Of a stretch of DNA of 57,424 nt, positions 9,479 to 18,798 are shown one piece after another. How positions within the stretch are numbered: the first letter of the stretch is position 1; every line of letters begins with the position of its first letter. Origin of the DNA: Candidatus Woesearchaeota archaeon. GTDB taxonomy: Archaea; Nanobdellota; Nanobdellia; UBA10117; ARS21. The notes under the pieces are model-generated. The model was given only the letters and a program-made list of their open reading frames with translations, had not been told where the DNA came from and did not search any database. Location: NCBI GenBank assembly GCA_018698915.1, contig JABIPN010000006.1, positions 1 through 57,424 of the forward strand, given 5' to 3'. Position numbers and translations under genes: made by a program.

Positions 9479-10564
9479 ATGAAGAAGTCAATTTTTCTGA
9501 ATTTTGCATATGGATATGGTCCTTTCTTAAGGGCATTAGATATTGCAGCTGAATTTAATAAAATCCTTATCTCAAAGGGTTATGAACCTTTTAACATTGT
9601 TTCACCTTTGGTTTATGGATCTCGACAAATCCAAATTGCAAAGGAGAGCCATCCTGAATTAGAAATAAAATTTGATGTTGATACTGGAGCTGTATTGAAT
9701 AAAATTTTCTATAAAGGTAAGAACTATTCTGAGAATTTAAAATTAATTTCTGAGAATTATTTTAAAGTTGAAAAGGAATTTAATGTTGTGGTTGAAAAAT
9801 TGATTTCTGAAGAAAATGTCGTTATGGAAATTAGTAGAAATCCGCGTATTTTGTCTCCAATTCCTCTATCATATAGTAGTGTTATGGGTTTATTTTCTGA
9901 ATTCTTGCAAAAATCAGTCAACAAAGGTATGTTTTCAGGAAATCATGTTGATAAATGTATTAAAATTGCAAAGCGGATAGAAAATTCACAGACTAAAATA
10001 TTTGTTTCTGAACCAAAAAGTTTAGGTATTGAGGAATTATGTGTTTCAGTTCCGTTTATTGGAACTGATGTTGAGGTTGATCAATCCTCAATTGAAGAAG
10101 GGGTTTATTTTTACAAATCTGGAATTAATGAACTGGATTATTTAAATATTGATTTTGGAAAATTTAAGGTTTATGATTCAGATAAAGATCCTGTTAAAAT
10201 TAAATTTAATAAAAATATTATAGGTATTGTTGCGCGTGCAGGATGGGGAACTATTTCAAATAGTGTAATTTTAAACAAACCGTTGATTGTTTTTCCATAT
10301 TCTGAAGGTGATGATCCTGAGATCTTTTTTAATGTTGAAGTTTTAAAGGACTTAGATATCGCAGCAATATATGATTCTGCTTTAAGTTTTAGTGAAAATT
10401 TGGATATTGCAATTTCAAAATTACCAAATATGTGTTCCTTCAAAAATCAAATATTGATTAAATATGGTATGTTGAATGGGTCGAGATATTGTGCAGAAGT
10501 TATGTTTTTTGATATGCATAATGTCGATCGATTTTTAAGATTTAGTGACAAGGAGGTCTTGTGA
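9479..10564 (+). CDS. GT-B-fold glycosyltransferase-like protein (GT28/MurG/PseG-like C-terminal domain)
   Basis: VARAGWGTISNSVILNKPLIVFPYSEGDDPE resembles the GT28 C-domain. N-terminal FAYGYGPF glycine-rich loop. Weak, motif-level call. Confidence 0.35.
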   Translation: MKKSIFLNFAYGYGPFLRALDIAAEFNKILISKGYEPFNIVSPLVYGSRQIQIAKESHPELEIKFDVDTGAVLNKIFYKGKNYSENLKLISENYFKVEKEFNVVVEKLISEENVVMEISRNPRILSPIPLSYSSVMGLFSEFLQKSVNKGMFSGNHVDKCIKIAKRIENSQTKIFVSEPKSLGIEELCVSVPFIGTDVEVDQSSIEEGVYFYKSGINELDYLNIDFGKFKVYDSDKDPVKIKFNKNIIGIVARAGWGTISNSVILNKPLIVFPYSEGDDPEIFFNVEVLKDLDIAAIYDSALSFSENLDIAISKLPNMCSFKNQILIKYGMLNGSRYCAEVMFFDMHNVDRFLRFSDKEVL

Positions 10565-11319
10565 AAGTTTTAGCTATTATTCCTGCTCGGGGAGGTTCTA
10601 AGGGTGTTCCTCGTAAGAATGTGAAAAAATTGAACGGTATTCCCTTAATAGCTTATGGTATCTGTTCTGCATTGGGCGCAAAAAAAGTAGATCGTGTTGT
10701 TGTTTCTACTGATGATGATGAAATTTCTGAAGTTAGTAAAAAGTATGGTGCAGAAGTTGTTATACGTCCGCGTGAATTAGCTCAAGATTTGAGTCCTGCA
10801 GAGTCGGGAATGCAACATGTAGTAAAAACTCTGGAGAGTGAAGGTTGGATTCCAGATCTAATAATCTTGGTTCAGTGTACTTCTCCTTTTAGATTAAGTA
10901 AGCATATCGATGATGCAATTGATATGTTGATTAATAATAAATTTACTGGAATTGCTTCAGTTTCTGAAACTCCTGGACATTTTCATCCATATAAAATTAA
11001 AGAAGTAAAAAATGATGGAGAATTGGTTTCGATGATTCAAGAAGATGGAATGAAAAACAAAATTATTGAATCACATAAATATAAAGTACGTCAAGATTTA
11101 CCTGGAATTTATTATTGGATGAATGGTGCAGTTTATGTTTCTACATACAATACTTTGATGAATGATGGAGATCGTTATGGTGTTCGCTGCGGTGCTCAAA
11201 TATTAGATGGTACTACTTTAGCAAATATAGACTCTGAAGAAGATTTTGAATTTGCACAGAAATTAATAGATGAGGGAAAAATTCAACTAGATTTTGAATT
11301 AGTTGAAATAAATTCATGA
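10561..11319 (+). CDS. neuA: CMP-nonulosonate (N-acylneuraminate) cytidylyltransferase
   Basis: IIPARGGSKGVPRKNVKKLNGIPLIAY is the CTP_transf_3/NeuA N-terminal signature. GTG start in GTGA overlap with the upstream ORF, ATGA overlap with neuB. Confidence 0.8.
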   Translation: MKVLAIIPARGGSKGVPRKNVKKLNGIPLIAYGICSALGAKKVDRVVVSTDDDEISEVSKKYGAEVVIRPRELAQDLSPAESGMQHVVKTLESEGWIPDLIILVQCTSPFRLSKHIDDAIDMLINNKFTGIASVSETPGHFHPYKIKEVKNDGELVSMIQEDGMKNKIIESHKYKVRQDLPGIYYWMNGAVYVSTYNTLMNDGDRYGVRCGAQILDGTTLANIDSEEDFEFAQKLIDEGKIQLDFELVEINS

Positions 11320-12287
11320 TGGCTACAATAATTGCAGAATTATGTCAAAATCACAATGGTGATAAAAAACTGTTGAGTGAAATGATCTCTGCTGCTGCCG
11401 AGGCAGGAGCAGACTATGTAAAAGTACAATCTATGCTTGCTTCAGAAATTACTTATCGGGAACGATTTGAAGAAGGTGTAGTTGATATTGATGGTGTTAA
11501 ACAATCTATACTTCGTCCATATCAAGCAGAAGTCGATAGATTAGCTCCAATGGATTTAAGTGATGACGACTTTAAATGGTTTATAGATGAATGTAGAAAT
11601 TTTGGTGTGGAACCGATGACTACTATTTTTACTCGTCAAAGAATTCCTTTTCTTTCGAGTTTAGGTATGAAAGCGGTTAAAGTTGCCAGTTATGATTGCA
11701 GTGCACATCAGATGGTTCAGGATTTGAGAGATAATTTTGATCATTTAGTTGTTTCTACAGGTGCAAGTTATAATCATGAAATTGAAAAAACTGTGGAGTT
11801 GCTTAAAGGTACAAGTTATGATTTGCTTCATTGTGTTACTATTTATCCAACACCTATGAACGAATTACATTTGAATCGGATGAATTATCTTAGACAATTT
11901 ACGCCTACTGTTGGTTTCTCAGATCATTCGTTAGTTGAACGAGATGGAATTGATGCTTCAATTTTAGCATTGGGGCAAGGTGCGGATGTTATTGAGCGAC
12001 ATTTTACAATTCAAGATGCCAAATCTTCAAGAGATGGTCCAGTTTCAATTAATTCTGAAGAATTGAAACGTTTAGTTGAATTTGGGAAAAGGAGTCCTGA
12101 GGAAATTATGGATTATGTTCATAAAAATATTCCAAATTGGGAAGTTGGACTTGGTCAAGAACAAAGAGCTATGAGTCCTGAAGAATTACTAAATCGTGAT
12201 TATTATCGTGGACGCTTTGCGAGTATGGTTAATGGTGAACCTGTTTATAATTGGGAGACGAATTGGAAACTCGAAGAACTAGTGTAA
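11316..12287 (+). CDS. neuB: NeuB-family nonulosonic acid (sialic-acid-type) synthase
   Basis: IIAELCQNHNGD..AAEAGADYVKVQ, VSTGA, GFSDHS and ERHFT match the NeuB/PseI/LegI TIM-barrel blocks. The C-terminal SAF/antifreeze-like domain looks short or degenerate. Confidence 0.75.
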   Translation: MMATIIAELCQNHNGDKKLLSEMISAAAEAGADYVKVQSMLASEITYRERFEEGVVDIDGVKQSILRPYQAEVDRLAPMDLSDDDFKWFIDECRNFGVEPMTTIFTRQRIPFLSSLGMKAVKVASYDCSAHQMVQDLRDNFDHLVVSTGASYNHEIEKTVELLKGTSYDLLHCVTIYPTPMNELHLNRMNYLRQFTPTVGFSDHSLVERDGIDASILALGQGADVIERHFTIQDAKSSRDGPVSINSEELKRLVEFGKRSPEEIMDYVHKNIPNWEVGLGQEQRAMSPEELLNRDYYRGRFASMVNGEPVYNWETNWKLEELV

Positions 12288-12949
12288 ATTGTGAAACCTT
12301 GATCTTTGATTGGGATGGTACGTTAGTTAATTCATTAGATATGAAAATTGAAAATGCTGGCGAGTTGTTTAATAATTTCTTTGGCTATTCTTCAGAATTA
12401 GTTGAGAAAGCATATCGGCAACATTCAGGCGTTCCCAGACGCATTCTTTTTGATGCTATCTCAAACTCTGTTGGAAATCGAGATTTGACTGATTTGGAAT
12501 ATTTTGAAATTAGTTGTGCATTTACTGAATTGAATTTGTTTAACTTGAATAAAACTCATTTGTTCCGTGACACAGTTTCTACATTAGATTATTTGAACAC
12601 TTGTGGTTTGAATTTATTTGTTTCTAGTTCTGCAACTCCAGAAGATGTTGTTGCGTCTGCTGAACATCTGGGAATATATGATAAATTTGTCAATGTATTT
12701 GGTTCTGTTAATGGTTTTGGTAAGGGTCAAGAACATATATCATATATTTTAAATAAATATGATTTAAATCGAGAAAATATAGTTATGGTTGGTGATGAAC
12801 GTGCGGATGTGATGCTTGCAAAAATGGCCAATGTTTATAGTGTTGCAAAAAGAGGTTCTTTGGAAGAGAATGAATTAAATGAATTAAATCCTGATTTGAT
12901 TATAAATTCGCTTTCAGAATTGTCAAAATTGGTCAAAACTGAGTCCTGA
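12251..12949 (+). CDS. HAD-superfamily phosphatase (C1-capped)
   Basis: Motif I FDWDGTLV, motif II VSSS, motif IV VGDERAD, with a cap insert between I and II. Start uncertain (ATG 12251 overlaps neuB by 37 nt; in-frame TTG at 12299). Confidence 0.6.
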   Translation: MGDELETRRTSVNCETLIFDWDGTLVNSLDMKIENAGELFNNFFGYSSELVEKAYRQHSGVPRRILFDAISNSVGNRDLTDLEYFEISCAFTELNLFNLNKTHLFRDTVSTLDYLNTCGLNLFVSSSATPEDVVASAEHLGIYDKFVNVFGSVNGFGKGQEHISYILNKYDLNRENIVMVGDERADVMLAKMANVYSVAKRGSLEENELNELNPDLIINSLSELSKLVKTES

Positions 12950-14635
12950 ATAAAATACATTATCTTGTGAAATACTTTCTTTTGTGAAAATGTGCCAAGT
13001 ATCTAAGAATAGTAAAGGTTTGTTGCTAGTCTTTATTAATGAATTTATATCTAGATCCATATATTTTTTATTATTGTTAAGTATTGCAACTATATCTGCA
13101 TCTTTGAAACCTTCTTCTGGTGTTGCGGTATTTATTCCTAATTGTTTTAATTCATCTGAGTTGGCAATCGGATCATAACCATATATATTTTTGAATCCTT
13201 TCTGTTTTAATATGTTGAAAATATCTATTGATGTTGAATCTCGTAAATCTGAAGTTTCTGGTTGACCTTTAAATGCTAAGCCTAATAAGAATATCTTTGG
13301 GTTTGTTTTATTTGTCTTGTTTGAGAATTGTTCAATTTTATTTGCAACATGGTGTGGTAATTTGTCATTAATTTTTCGAGCTGCAAGTGCTAATATTGAC
13401 GTGTCCTTTGAAGCATTTGAATATATGTATGGGTCTTTCCTTAAACATAACCCTCCCACTCCTGGACTTGCAAAGGGAATTTTGTTACGTTTATAACCAT
13501 CATTTGCTGATTTCACAACCCGATCTACATCCATATTGTGTTCAGCACAAATTAGTGCTAGTTCATTTGAGAATGCAAAGCTAATATCTCTAAACGTATT
13601 ATTAATTAATTTTGCCATCTCTGCTTCTTCTAAATTATTTGTTGATACAATGTGTGGTGATAATTTCCTGAAAAAATCAGATATATTGCTAAGACTTGTT
13701 GTGTTATATGCACCAATTATTTGTGGCAAGGAATTTAGTTCTTCTATGGCCTTTCCTTCGATTGTTCGTTCTGGTGCAAATGCGAGATAGAAATCTATAC
13801 CACATATTAATCCTGATTCCTTTTCAAGTATTGGTAAAACAGTATTTCTGCAAGTTCCAACTGGAACTGTTGATCTTAATATTATTGAATCTCCTTTTTT
13901 GATTACTTTTGCGAGTGATTTTGCTGCACTTTCCACCATGTGGAGTTCGGGTTTATTTTCATTATTTACTGGTGTTCCTACTGAGATTATATATATGTCG
14001 GCCATATCTGGAACTAATTTATTAGTGACTTGAAAATTGTTGTGAATGTGTTTAGTTAGTAGTGAATCAATCCCTCGCTCATAAAAGGTTAACTTTCCTT
14101 TCGATAGTTGTTCAATTTTGTGTTTATCGATATCATATCCTATTACTTTGAATCCTTTATCTGCAAGTACCAAACTTAACGTTAATCCCACATATCCTGT
14201 ACCTAAAATACATACTCGTTTTGTTTTTGTGTTTGATAATTTCCAAATATCATAAAAAGATATTATGTCTTGAGGTGTTCCGTCTTCGTTTATAAGTAAT
14301 ATTTGATTTACTTTTTTACTTCTTATTCTTCCTTCTTTATTTGCTAACTCTATTTGTGAAATTATTTCTGCAGACATATTTTTAATATTTTCAGAATTTT
14401 TCAGATGTACTGGATTGGTAATCATGATGTTTTCAACAGGATCGTTCAATGTTTTACCTTTTAGTAATGCACGCCTTATATCTCCATCAGTTACTACACC
14501 TAACAATTTATTATTTTTACCTGTAATAATTACAATTCCTGTTGGTAATTTTTTTGGTCCGGCAGAAGTCATTACGATCATGGCTTCTTTTATTGTTGTA
14601 TTTTTGTCAATAGTTATCTCGGAAATATTTGACAT
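12923..14635 (-). CDS. CBS-pair domain fused to a UDP-sugar 6-dehydrogenase-family enzyme (WecC/UDP-ManNAc or UDP-GlcNAc dehydrogenase-like)
   Basis: N-terminal ~140 aa CBS pair (GVVTDGDIRRALL). Then the GTGYVGLTLSLVLADKG Rossmann, catalytic Cys motif GVGGLCLRKD, and C-terminal LGLAFKGQPETSDLRDS UDP-binding domain. Confidence 0.75.
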   Translation of the reverse strand: MSNISEITIDKNTTIKEAMIVMTSAGPKKLPTGIVIITGKNNKLLGVVTDGDIRRALLKGKTLNDPVENIMITNPVHLKNSENIKNMSAEIISQIELANKEGRIRSKKVNQILLINEDGTPQDIISFYDIWKLSNTKTKRVCILGTGYVGLTLSLVLADKGFKVIGYDIDKHKIEQLSKGKLTFYERGIDSLLTKHIHNNFQVTNKLVPDMADIYIISVGTPVNNENKPELHMVESAAKSLAKVIKKGDSIILRSTVPVGTCRNTVLPILEKESGLICGIDFYLAFAPERTIEGKAIEELNSLPQIIGAYNTTSLSNISDFFRKLSPHIVSTNNLEEAEMAKLINNTFRDISFAFSNELALICAEHNMDVDRVVKSANDGYKRNKIPFASPGVGGLCLRKDPYIYSNASKDTSILALAARKINDKLPHHVANKIEQFSNKTNKTNPKIFLLGLAFKGQPETSDLRDSTSIDIFNILKQKGFKNIYGYDPIANSDELKQLGINTATPEEGFKDADIVAILNNNKKYMDLDINSLIKTSNKPLLFLDTWHIFTKESISQDNVFYSGLSFDQF

Positions 14636-14679
14636 AGTTCGATTTTGTATATTGTTTTATATTGTTTGTGGAACTGAAT

Positions 14680-16104
14680 TCAGTTGTTGTCCGTAGAATT
14701 AATTATTTTGTTTATTACGTCAGTGGTTGACTTTCCTTCAACCAGTTTTACTATCTTTACTTCTCCACCATATTTGTGAACTGTTTTTGTTTCTGGTAAA
14801 TCTTCGGCGTTGTAATCTCCACCTTTAACATGAATGTTTGGTTGAAGTTGGTTGAGTAATTCTTCTGGTGTGTCTTCGTCAAATAGCACAACATAATCTA
14901 CTGTAGCTAAGTTTGCTACTATCTCTGCACGTTCTTTTTGATTATTGATTGGTCTATTATCTCCTTTGCGTCGTTTTGTTGAACTGTCAGCATTTATTGC
15001 TAAAATTAAAATATCTCCGAAAGATTTTGCTTTGTTGAGTAGCCGTATGTGTCCAACATGTAATATATCATATATTCCGTTTGTTGTGACTATTTTATTT
15101 CCTTTAGCTTTTAGTTTCTGAACAATTTGTAATAGTTCTTCTCTTGTTTTTATTTTTGAATTAATACCCTTGAACGAAGATTTTAACTCAGTTAAAGTGA
15201 GTGTTGCAGTTCCGAATTTACCGACCACAATGCCTGCCGCTTGATTGGCAATTTGTGTTGCTTCGTATAATTCTGCTTTCGATGCTAATGCGAGAGTTAA
15301 GATTGCAATAAATGTGTCTCCTGCTCCCGAAACATCATATACTTCACGTGCTTTTGCAGGTAAATGATTGTATTCGTTATTTTCTTTATTATAGGATGAT
15401 GTTCCGTTTGGCCCTTGTGTGATTATTACATTAGTATTGTATTTCTCTGATATTATTTTTGACAGTGTTTCAGGATTTGAGTTTGAGTTCGTTATTTCTT
15501 GCGCCTCTTTTGTGTTTGGAGTAACTACAAATACATTTTTGAATAAATTTATTGTATTTGGTTTAGGATCTACAATAATCAATATATTTAATTTTTTCAG
15601 TTCTTCAACTAATTCTTTTGTAATCATTCCTTTGTCATAATCCGATAATAGAATCATATCAAATTGATTTGATTTTATGAATTCAATAATCTTTGTAACG
15701 TGTTTTGATTTCAAAGGTTTTGGATCTTCGAAATCTACTCTCAACGCTTGCTGGTTCTGTGCAACTAAGCGAGTTTTCTTTATTGTTGTGAAATCGTTTC
15801 TCTCGATTAGAAATGTGTTTATGTTTGCTTTCTTGAACAGCTCTAGCATTGGCTCTTTAAATTTATCATTTCCAACTTGTCCAATTACTGTGCACTTTGC
15901 TCCTAGTGCTGCAACGTTGTTTGCAGTGTTTGCTGCGCCACCGAGTCGGTGTTCTCTGTTGTTGTTTGAAACGTTGAGTACTGGCACGGGTGCTTCAGGA
16001 TTGATTCGGTTTATGTTTCCGAACAAGTATTCATCAAGAATTAAATCTCCGATTACAAGTATATGTTTCTTTGGGAATTCCTGAATGGTTTCAATTAGTT
16101 TCAT
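14680..16104 (-). CDS. hldE: Bifunctional D-beta-D-heptose 7-phosphate kinase / D-beta-D-heptose 1-phosphate adenylyltransferase
   Basis: N-terminal pfkB/ribokinase-like domain (GGAANTANN, DVSGAGDTF). C-terminal cytidylyltransferase-like domain (TNGIYDILHVGHIRLL). 474 aa, RfaE/HldE architecture. Confidence 0.85.
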   Translation of the reverse strand: MKLIETIQEFPKKHILVIGDLILDEYLFGNINRINPEAPVPVLNVSNNNREHRLGGAANTANNVAALGAKCTVIGQVGNDKFKEPMLELFKKANINTFLIERNDFTTIKKTRLVAQNQQALRVDFEDPKPLKSKHVTKIIEFIKSNQFDMILLSDYDKGMITKELVEELKKLNILIIVDPKPNTINLFKNVFVVTPNTKEAQEITNSNSNPETLSKIISEKYNTNVIITQGPNGTSSYNKENNEYNHLPAKAREVYDVSGAGDTFIAILTLALASKAELYEATQIANQAAGIVVGKFGTATLTLTELKSSFKGINSKIKTREELLQIVQKLKAKGNKIVTTNGIYDILHVGHIRLLNKAKSFGDILILAINADSSTKRRKGDNRPINNQKERAEIVANLATVDYVVLFDEDTPEELLNQLQPNIHVKGGDYNAEDLPETKTVHKYGGEVKIVKLVEGKSTTDVINKIINSTDNN

Positions 16105-16681
16105 TTACTTTGTAGATTACGTGATCAATTAACTCACACCAAATATGTATTATGTTGATGTGAGCTTCCTGTATTCGTGCGGTTGTGTTTGATGGAATAA
16201 TTAAATTTGAATCTAAATTTAGTTCACTCATTGTTCCGCCAGACCTTCCATTGAGACAGATTGTTTTTAATCCTCTTTCCTTTGCGATTTCGAATGCTTT
16301 GTGGACATTCTTTGAGTTTCCAGAGGTTGTGATTCCGACCAATACATCTCCTGGTTTTCCCAATCCTTCAACTTGTCTTGAGAAAACATAGTCATAGCCA
16401 TAATCGTTTGATGCTGCAGTTACTGCTGATACGTTAGAAGAGAGTGCAATCGCCGGAATGCTTGGTCTCTCTTTGTTGTAGCGAATTACTAACTCTGCTG
16501 CGAAGTGTTGTGCATCTGCTGCTGAACCTCCATTTCCACAAGTTATTATTTTGTTTCCATTTTTCACAGCCTCGAGAATTAGTTCTCCCGCCTCGACTAT
16601 TTGATTTAGATATTTACCGTCCAATAGTTTTTGTTTTGTTTCAATTGATTCCTCTATAAATTCTCTTGCTATATTTTTCAT
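16091..16681 (-). CDS. gmhA: Sedoheptulose-7-phosphate (phosphoheptose) isomerase
   Basis: SIS domain: ITCGNGGSAADAQHFAAELV, GITTSGNSKN. 196 aa. Overlaps hldE (14 nt) and the GT9 gene (4 nt). Confidence 0.85.
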   Translation of the reverse strand: MKNIAREFIEESIETKQKLLDGKYLNQIVEAGELILEAVKNGNKIITCGNGGSAADAQHFAAELVIRYNKERPSIPAIALSSNVSAVTAASNDYGYDYVFSRQVEGLGKPGDVLVGITTSGNSKNVHKAFEIAKERGLKTICLNGRSGGTMSELNLDSNLIIPSNTTARIQEAHINIIHIWCELIDHVIYKVNETN

Positions 16682-17829
16682 CTTTTGGTTCTCCTTTTTT
16701 GTTTGTATATTAACTTTTCAGCGTTTCGAAATACCTCATTAACAGTGATTTTCTCCATCCAGTTTTGTGTGGGTCGTTTGAAACTTCCTAAATGTGGATT
16801 AATAACTGGTGTTTCTTTTGATTTGTAAAGTGAGAGGTTGTTTTTCCCGTATGGTGCATATCTTACTGGTGTATTCGGTCCAAACAGTCCAATCGTTTCG
16901 GTTCCTTGTGCTGCTGCAATGTGTAGCGGTCCAGTATCGTTTGAAATGTAAATGTTACACTTTTCTGTGAGTTTGAATAGTTGTTTTAGTGAGAATTTTC
17001 CTGCGAGATTGTAAACGAACTCTTTTTGTTCCATTTGATTGATTATTCTTTCAATGTAGTTTCGTTGGTTTTGTATGTCCGGCATTAGAATGATTGCATT
17101 GTGTTTTTTGATTAGTTTGTCTGCAAGTTGTGCAAATTTATGTGGTGACCATCGTCGCCAGGTTGCAGTACCTGCACTTGTTACTGTCATTCCAATTATT
17201 GGTCTGTGTTTTGGAAGTTTATTGAAAAAGTTGTTTACTTTTCTTTTGTCTGATTTTGAGTATTTTAATGTTATTAGTTTATCTGGTACTTTTGGTTTTA
17301 TTTCTAGAGGTTTGAGTAAATTTAGAAATGTGTTGACTGCATGAATTTTGTCGTTGTAATAGACAAGTTGGTCATATAACTTTGCCCGTGGACCGTGTGA
17401 AAATCCAATTGTTTTCTGTGAAAGATAGTTTGATAGTAATGCTGAGAGTTTTAGATAAGGTTCTAAGTCAAATGCTAAGTCATATTTCTTATATTGTTTT
17501 GTGAGCGTTAGTATGTTGTGTAGTTCAAGTAACTCTATGTTGTCAATGAAGGGTTGATTCTCATATACTGCTTTGTTTTGATTCCGGCATAAAATTGTAA
17601 CTTTTGTATTTGGATAGTTTTGTTTGAATTGTTTAATTAATGGTAAAGTTAGTACTGATTCACCAATGGCCCATAGTTTTGTGAATAGAACTTCTTCCGG
17701 AACTGCGTTCCTTCGTCTCTTCAAAAGTGAGAGTGCATTGATTAGTGGAGTTCCAATTGTTTTGTCTATTCCTCGTTGTAAACTAAGCATTTTGTATTTT
17801 ATTTGCTGCATCAAGCAAATCCTCTGCAA
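16678..17829 (-). CDS. GT9-family glycosyltransferase (ADP-heptose-dependent heptosyltransferase-like)
   Basis: ISNDTGPLHIAAAQGTETIGLFGP is the GT9 (WaaC/WaaF-type) C-terminal signature. It sits inside the heptose operon. Start may be Met14 (17790), reducing the overlap with gmhB. Confidence 0.75.
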   Translation of the reverse strand: MQRICLMQQIKYKMLSLQRGIDKTIGTPLINALSLLKRRRNAVPEEVLFTKLWAIGESVLTLPLIKQFKQNYPNTKVTILCRNQNKAVYENQPFIDNIELLELHNILTLTKQYKKYDLAFDLEPYLKLSALLSNYLSQKTIGFSHGPRAKLYDQLVYYNDKIHAVNTFLNLLKPLEIKPKVPDKLITLKYSKSDKRKVNNFFNKLPKHRPIIGMTVTSAGTATWRRWSPHKFAQLADKLIKKHNAIILMPDIQNQRNYIERIINQMEQKEFVYNLAGKFSLKQLFKLTEKCNIYISNDTGPLHIAAAQGTETIGLFGPNTPVRYAPYGKNNLSLYKSKETPVINPHLGSFKRPTQNWMEKITVNEVFRNAEKLIYKQKRRTKR

Positions 17830-18310
17830 TAAATGTTGGATTTGAGTTGGATTCTGGATCTTTCTCGGAGCTTCCTGTTGTTACGAGCACAGATTTTAGT
17901 CCAGCGTTGTTTGCAAGTTCAATGTCTGAAGATCTGTCACCGATAACATATGAGTTAGCCTTATCAAAGTCGGGTGTGAAATAGGGTTCAATTAGTTTTG
18001 TTTTGGGTTTTCTACAGTCGCATTCTTTTTGTGGAGTGTGTGGACAGAATAGAACTTTGTCTATGTTGATATTTTCTTGTTTCAATTCATTAATTAAGTG
18101 ATTGTTGAATTCATGCATTTGATCTTCAGTATAGTATCCTCTTCCGATTCCTGATTGATTTGTTACAATTATTAGTTTGTATCCTTGCGATTGTAGCTTT
18201 TTTAGACCGTTACTTGTGTTTGGTAGAAGGTTGTAATCTCCCACTTTGTTTGTGTATCCGTCGTCCTTATTTAACGTTCCATCTCGGTCTAGAAATATAA
18301 TTTTATTCAT
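17783..18310 (-). CDS. gmhB: D,D-heptose 1,7-bisphosphate phosphatase (HAD-IIIA)
   Basis: FLDRDGTLN, VTNQSGIGRG, Zn-site CPH..C.CRKPK, GDRSSD. 175 aa. Confidence 0.8.
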   Translation of the reverse strand: MNKIIFLDRDGTLNKDDGYTNKVGDYNLLPNTSNGLKKLQSQGYKLIIVTNQSGIGRGYYTEDQMHEFNNHLINELKQENINIDKVLFCPHTPQKECDCRKPKTKLIEPYFTPDFDKANSYVIGDRSSDIELANNAGLKSVLVTTGSSEKDPESNSNPTFIAEDLLDAANKIQNA

Positions 18311-18329
18311 GGACTGACTTGGTAAGTGG

Positions 18330-18337
18330 TTTAAAAA
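18330..18337 (-). promoter_or_regulatory. TATA-like box for the gmhB-GT9-gmhA-hldE operon
   Basis: TTTTTAAA on the minus strand, 20-27 nt upstream of the gmhB ATG (18310). Same spacing as at many other starts in this window. Confidence 0.4.
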
Positions 18338-18354
18338 TGTTTATGAAACAAGAA

Positions 18355-18693
18355 TCAGCAGTCTTCACACCAAATTCTGTTGGCAATTATTTCAAACTCT
18401 CCGCGATAAATATCTACTTTTCCTTGGATTTTTAGTTTGGTTCCGTTCGTTTGGTAGTTGTCGAAGAGAATTACTGGAATTGTTTCCATATTTGTTTTTA
18501 ATTTTATAAATGTGAATGACTCTTTTGGAGTAATCTTTTCTAATTCTCCCTTTACAATTACTTCCTCTCCAAAATGATTTTCTATTGAATCGTTTATTTG
18601 TGGTGCTGTTGAAAATTCAGCTGCGATAAACATTGTAAAAATTCCTAAAAATATCCAAATTAATGATAATTTTGTGATTGTTGTTTCATTCAT
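18355..18693 (-). CDS. Membrane-anchored OB-fold protein (function unknown)
   Basis: N-terminal TM helix (LSLIWIFLGIFTMFIAA) followed by a beta-rich OB-like domain (VIVKGELEKI, KIQGKVDIYRGEFEI). Confidence 0.45.
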   Translation of the reverse strand: MNETTITKLSLIWIFLGIFTMFIAAEFSTAPQINDSIENHFGEEVIVKGELEKITPKESFTFIKLKTNMETIPVILFDNYQTNGTKLKIQGKVDIYRGEFEIIANRIWCEDC

Positions 18694-18798
18694 AATAAAA
18701 TAAACTGTTTTTCGCTTTTAGTTAGTAAGTGACAATAATCTTCGTCGTCATTTCTCGAGCATCGAAAAGTATTTATTAAGATTTTACATTTTAAAGGC

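Noticed and set aside
1-18310. The glycan island as a mobile genomic island
   Set aside because: No integrase, transposase, flanking direct repeats or bordering tRNA are visible. Horizontal origin remains possible, but mobility is unsupported.
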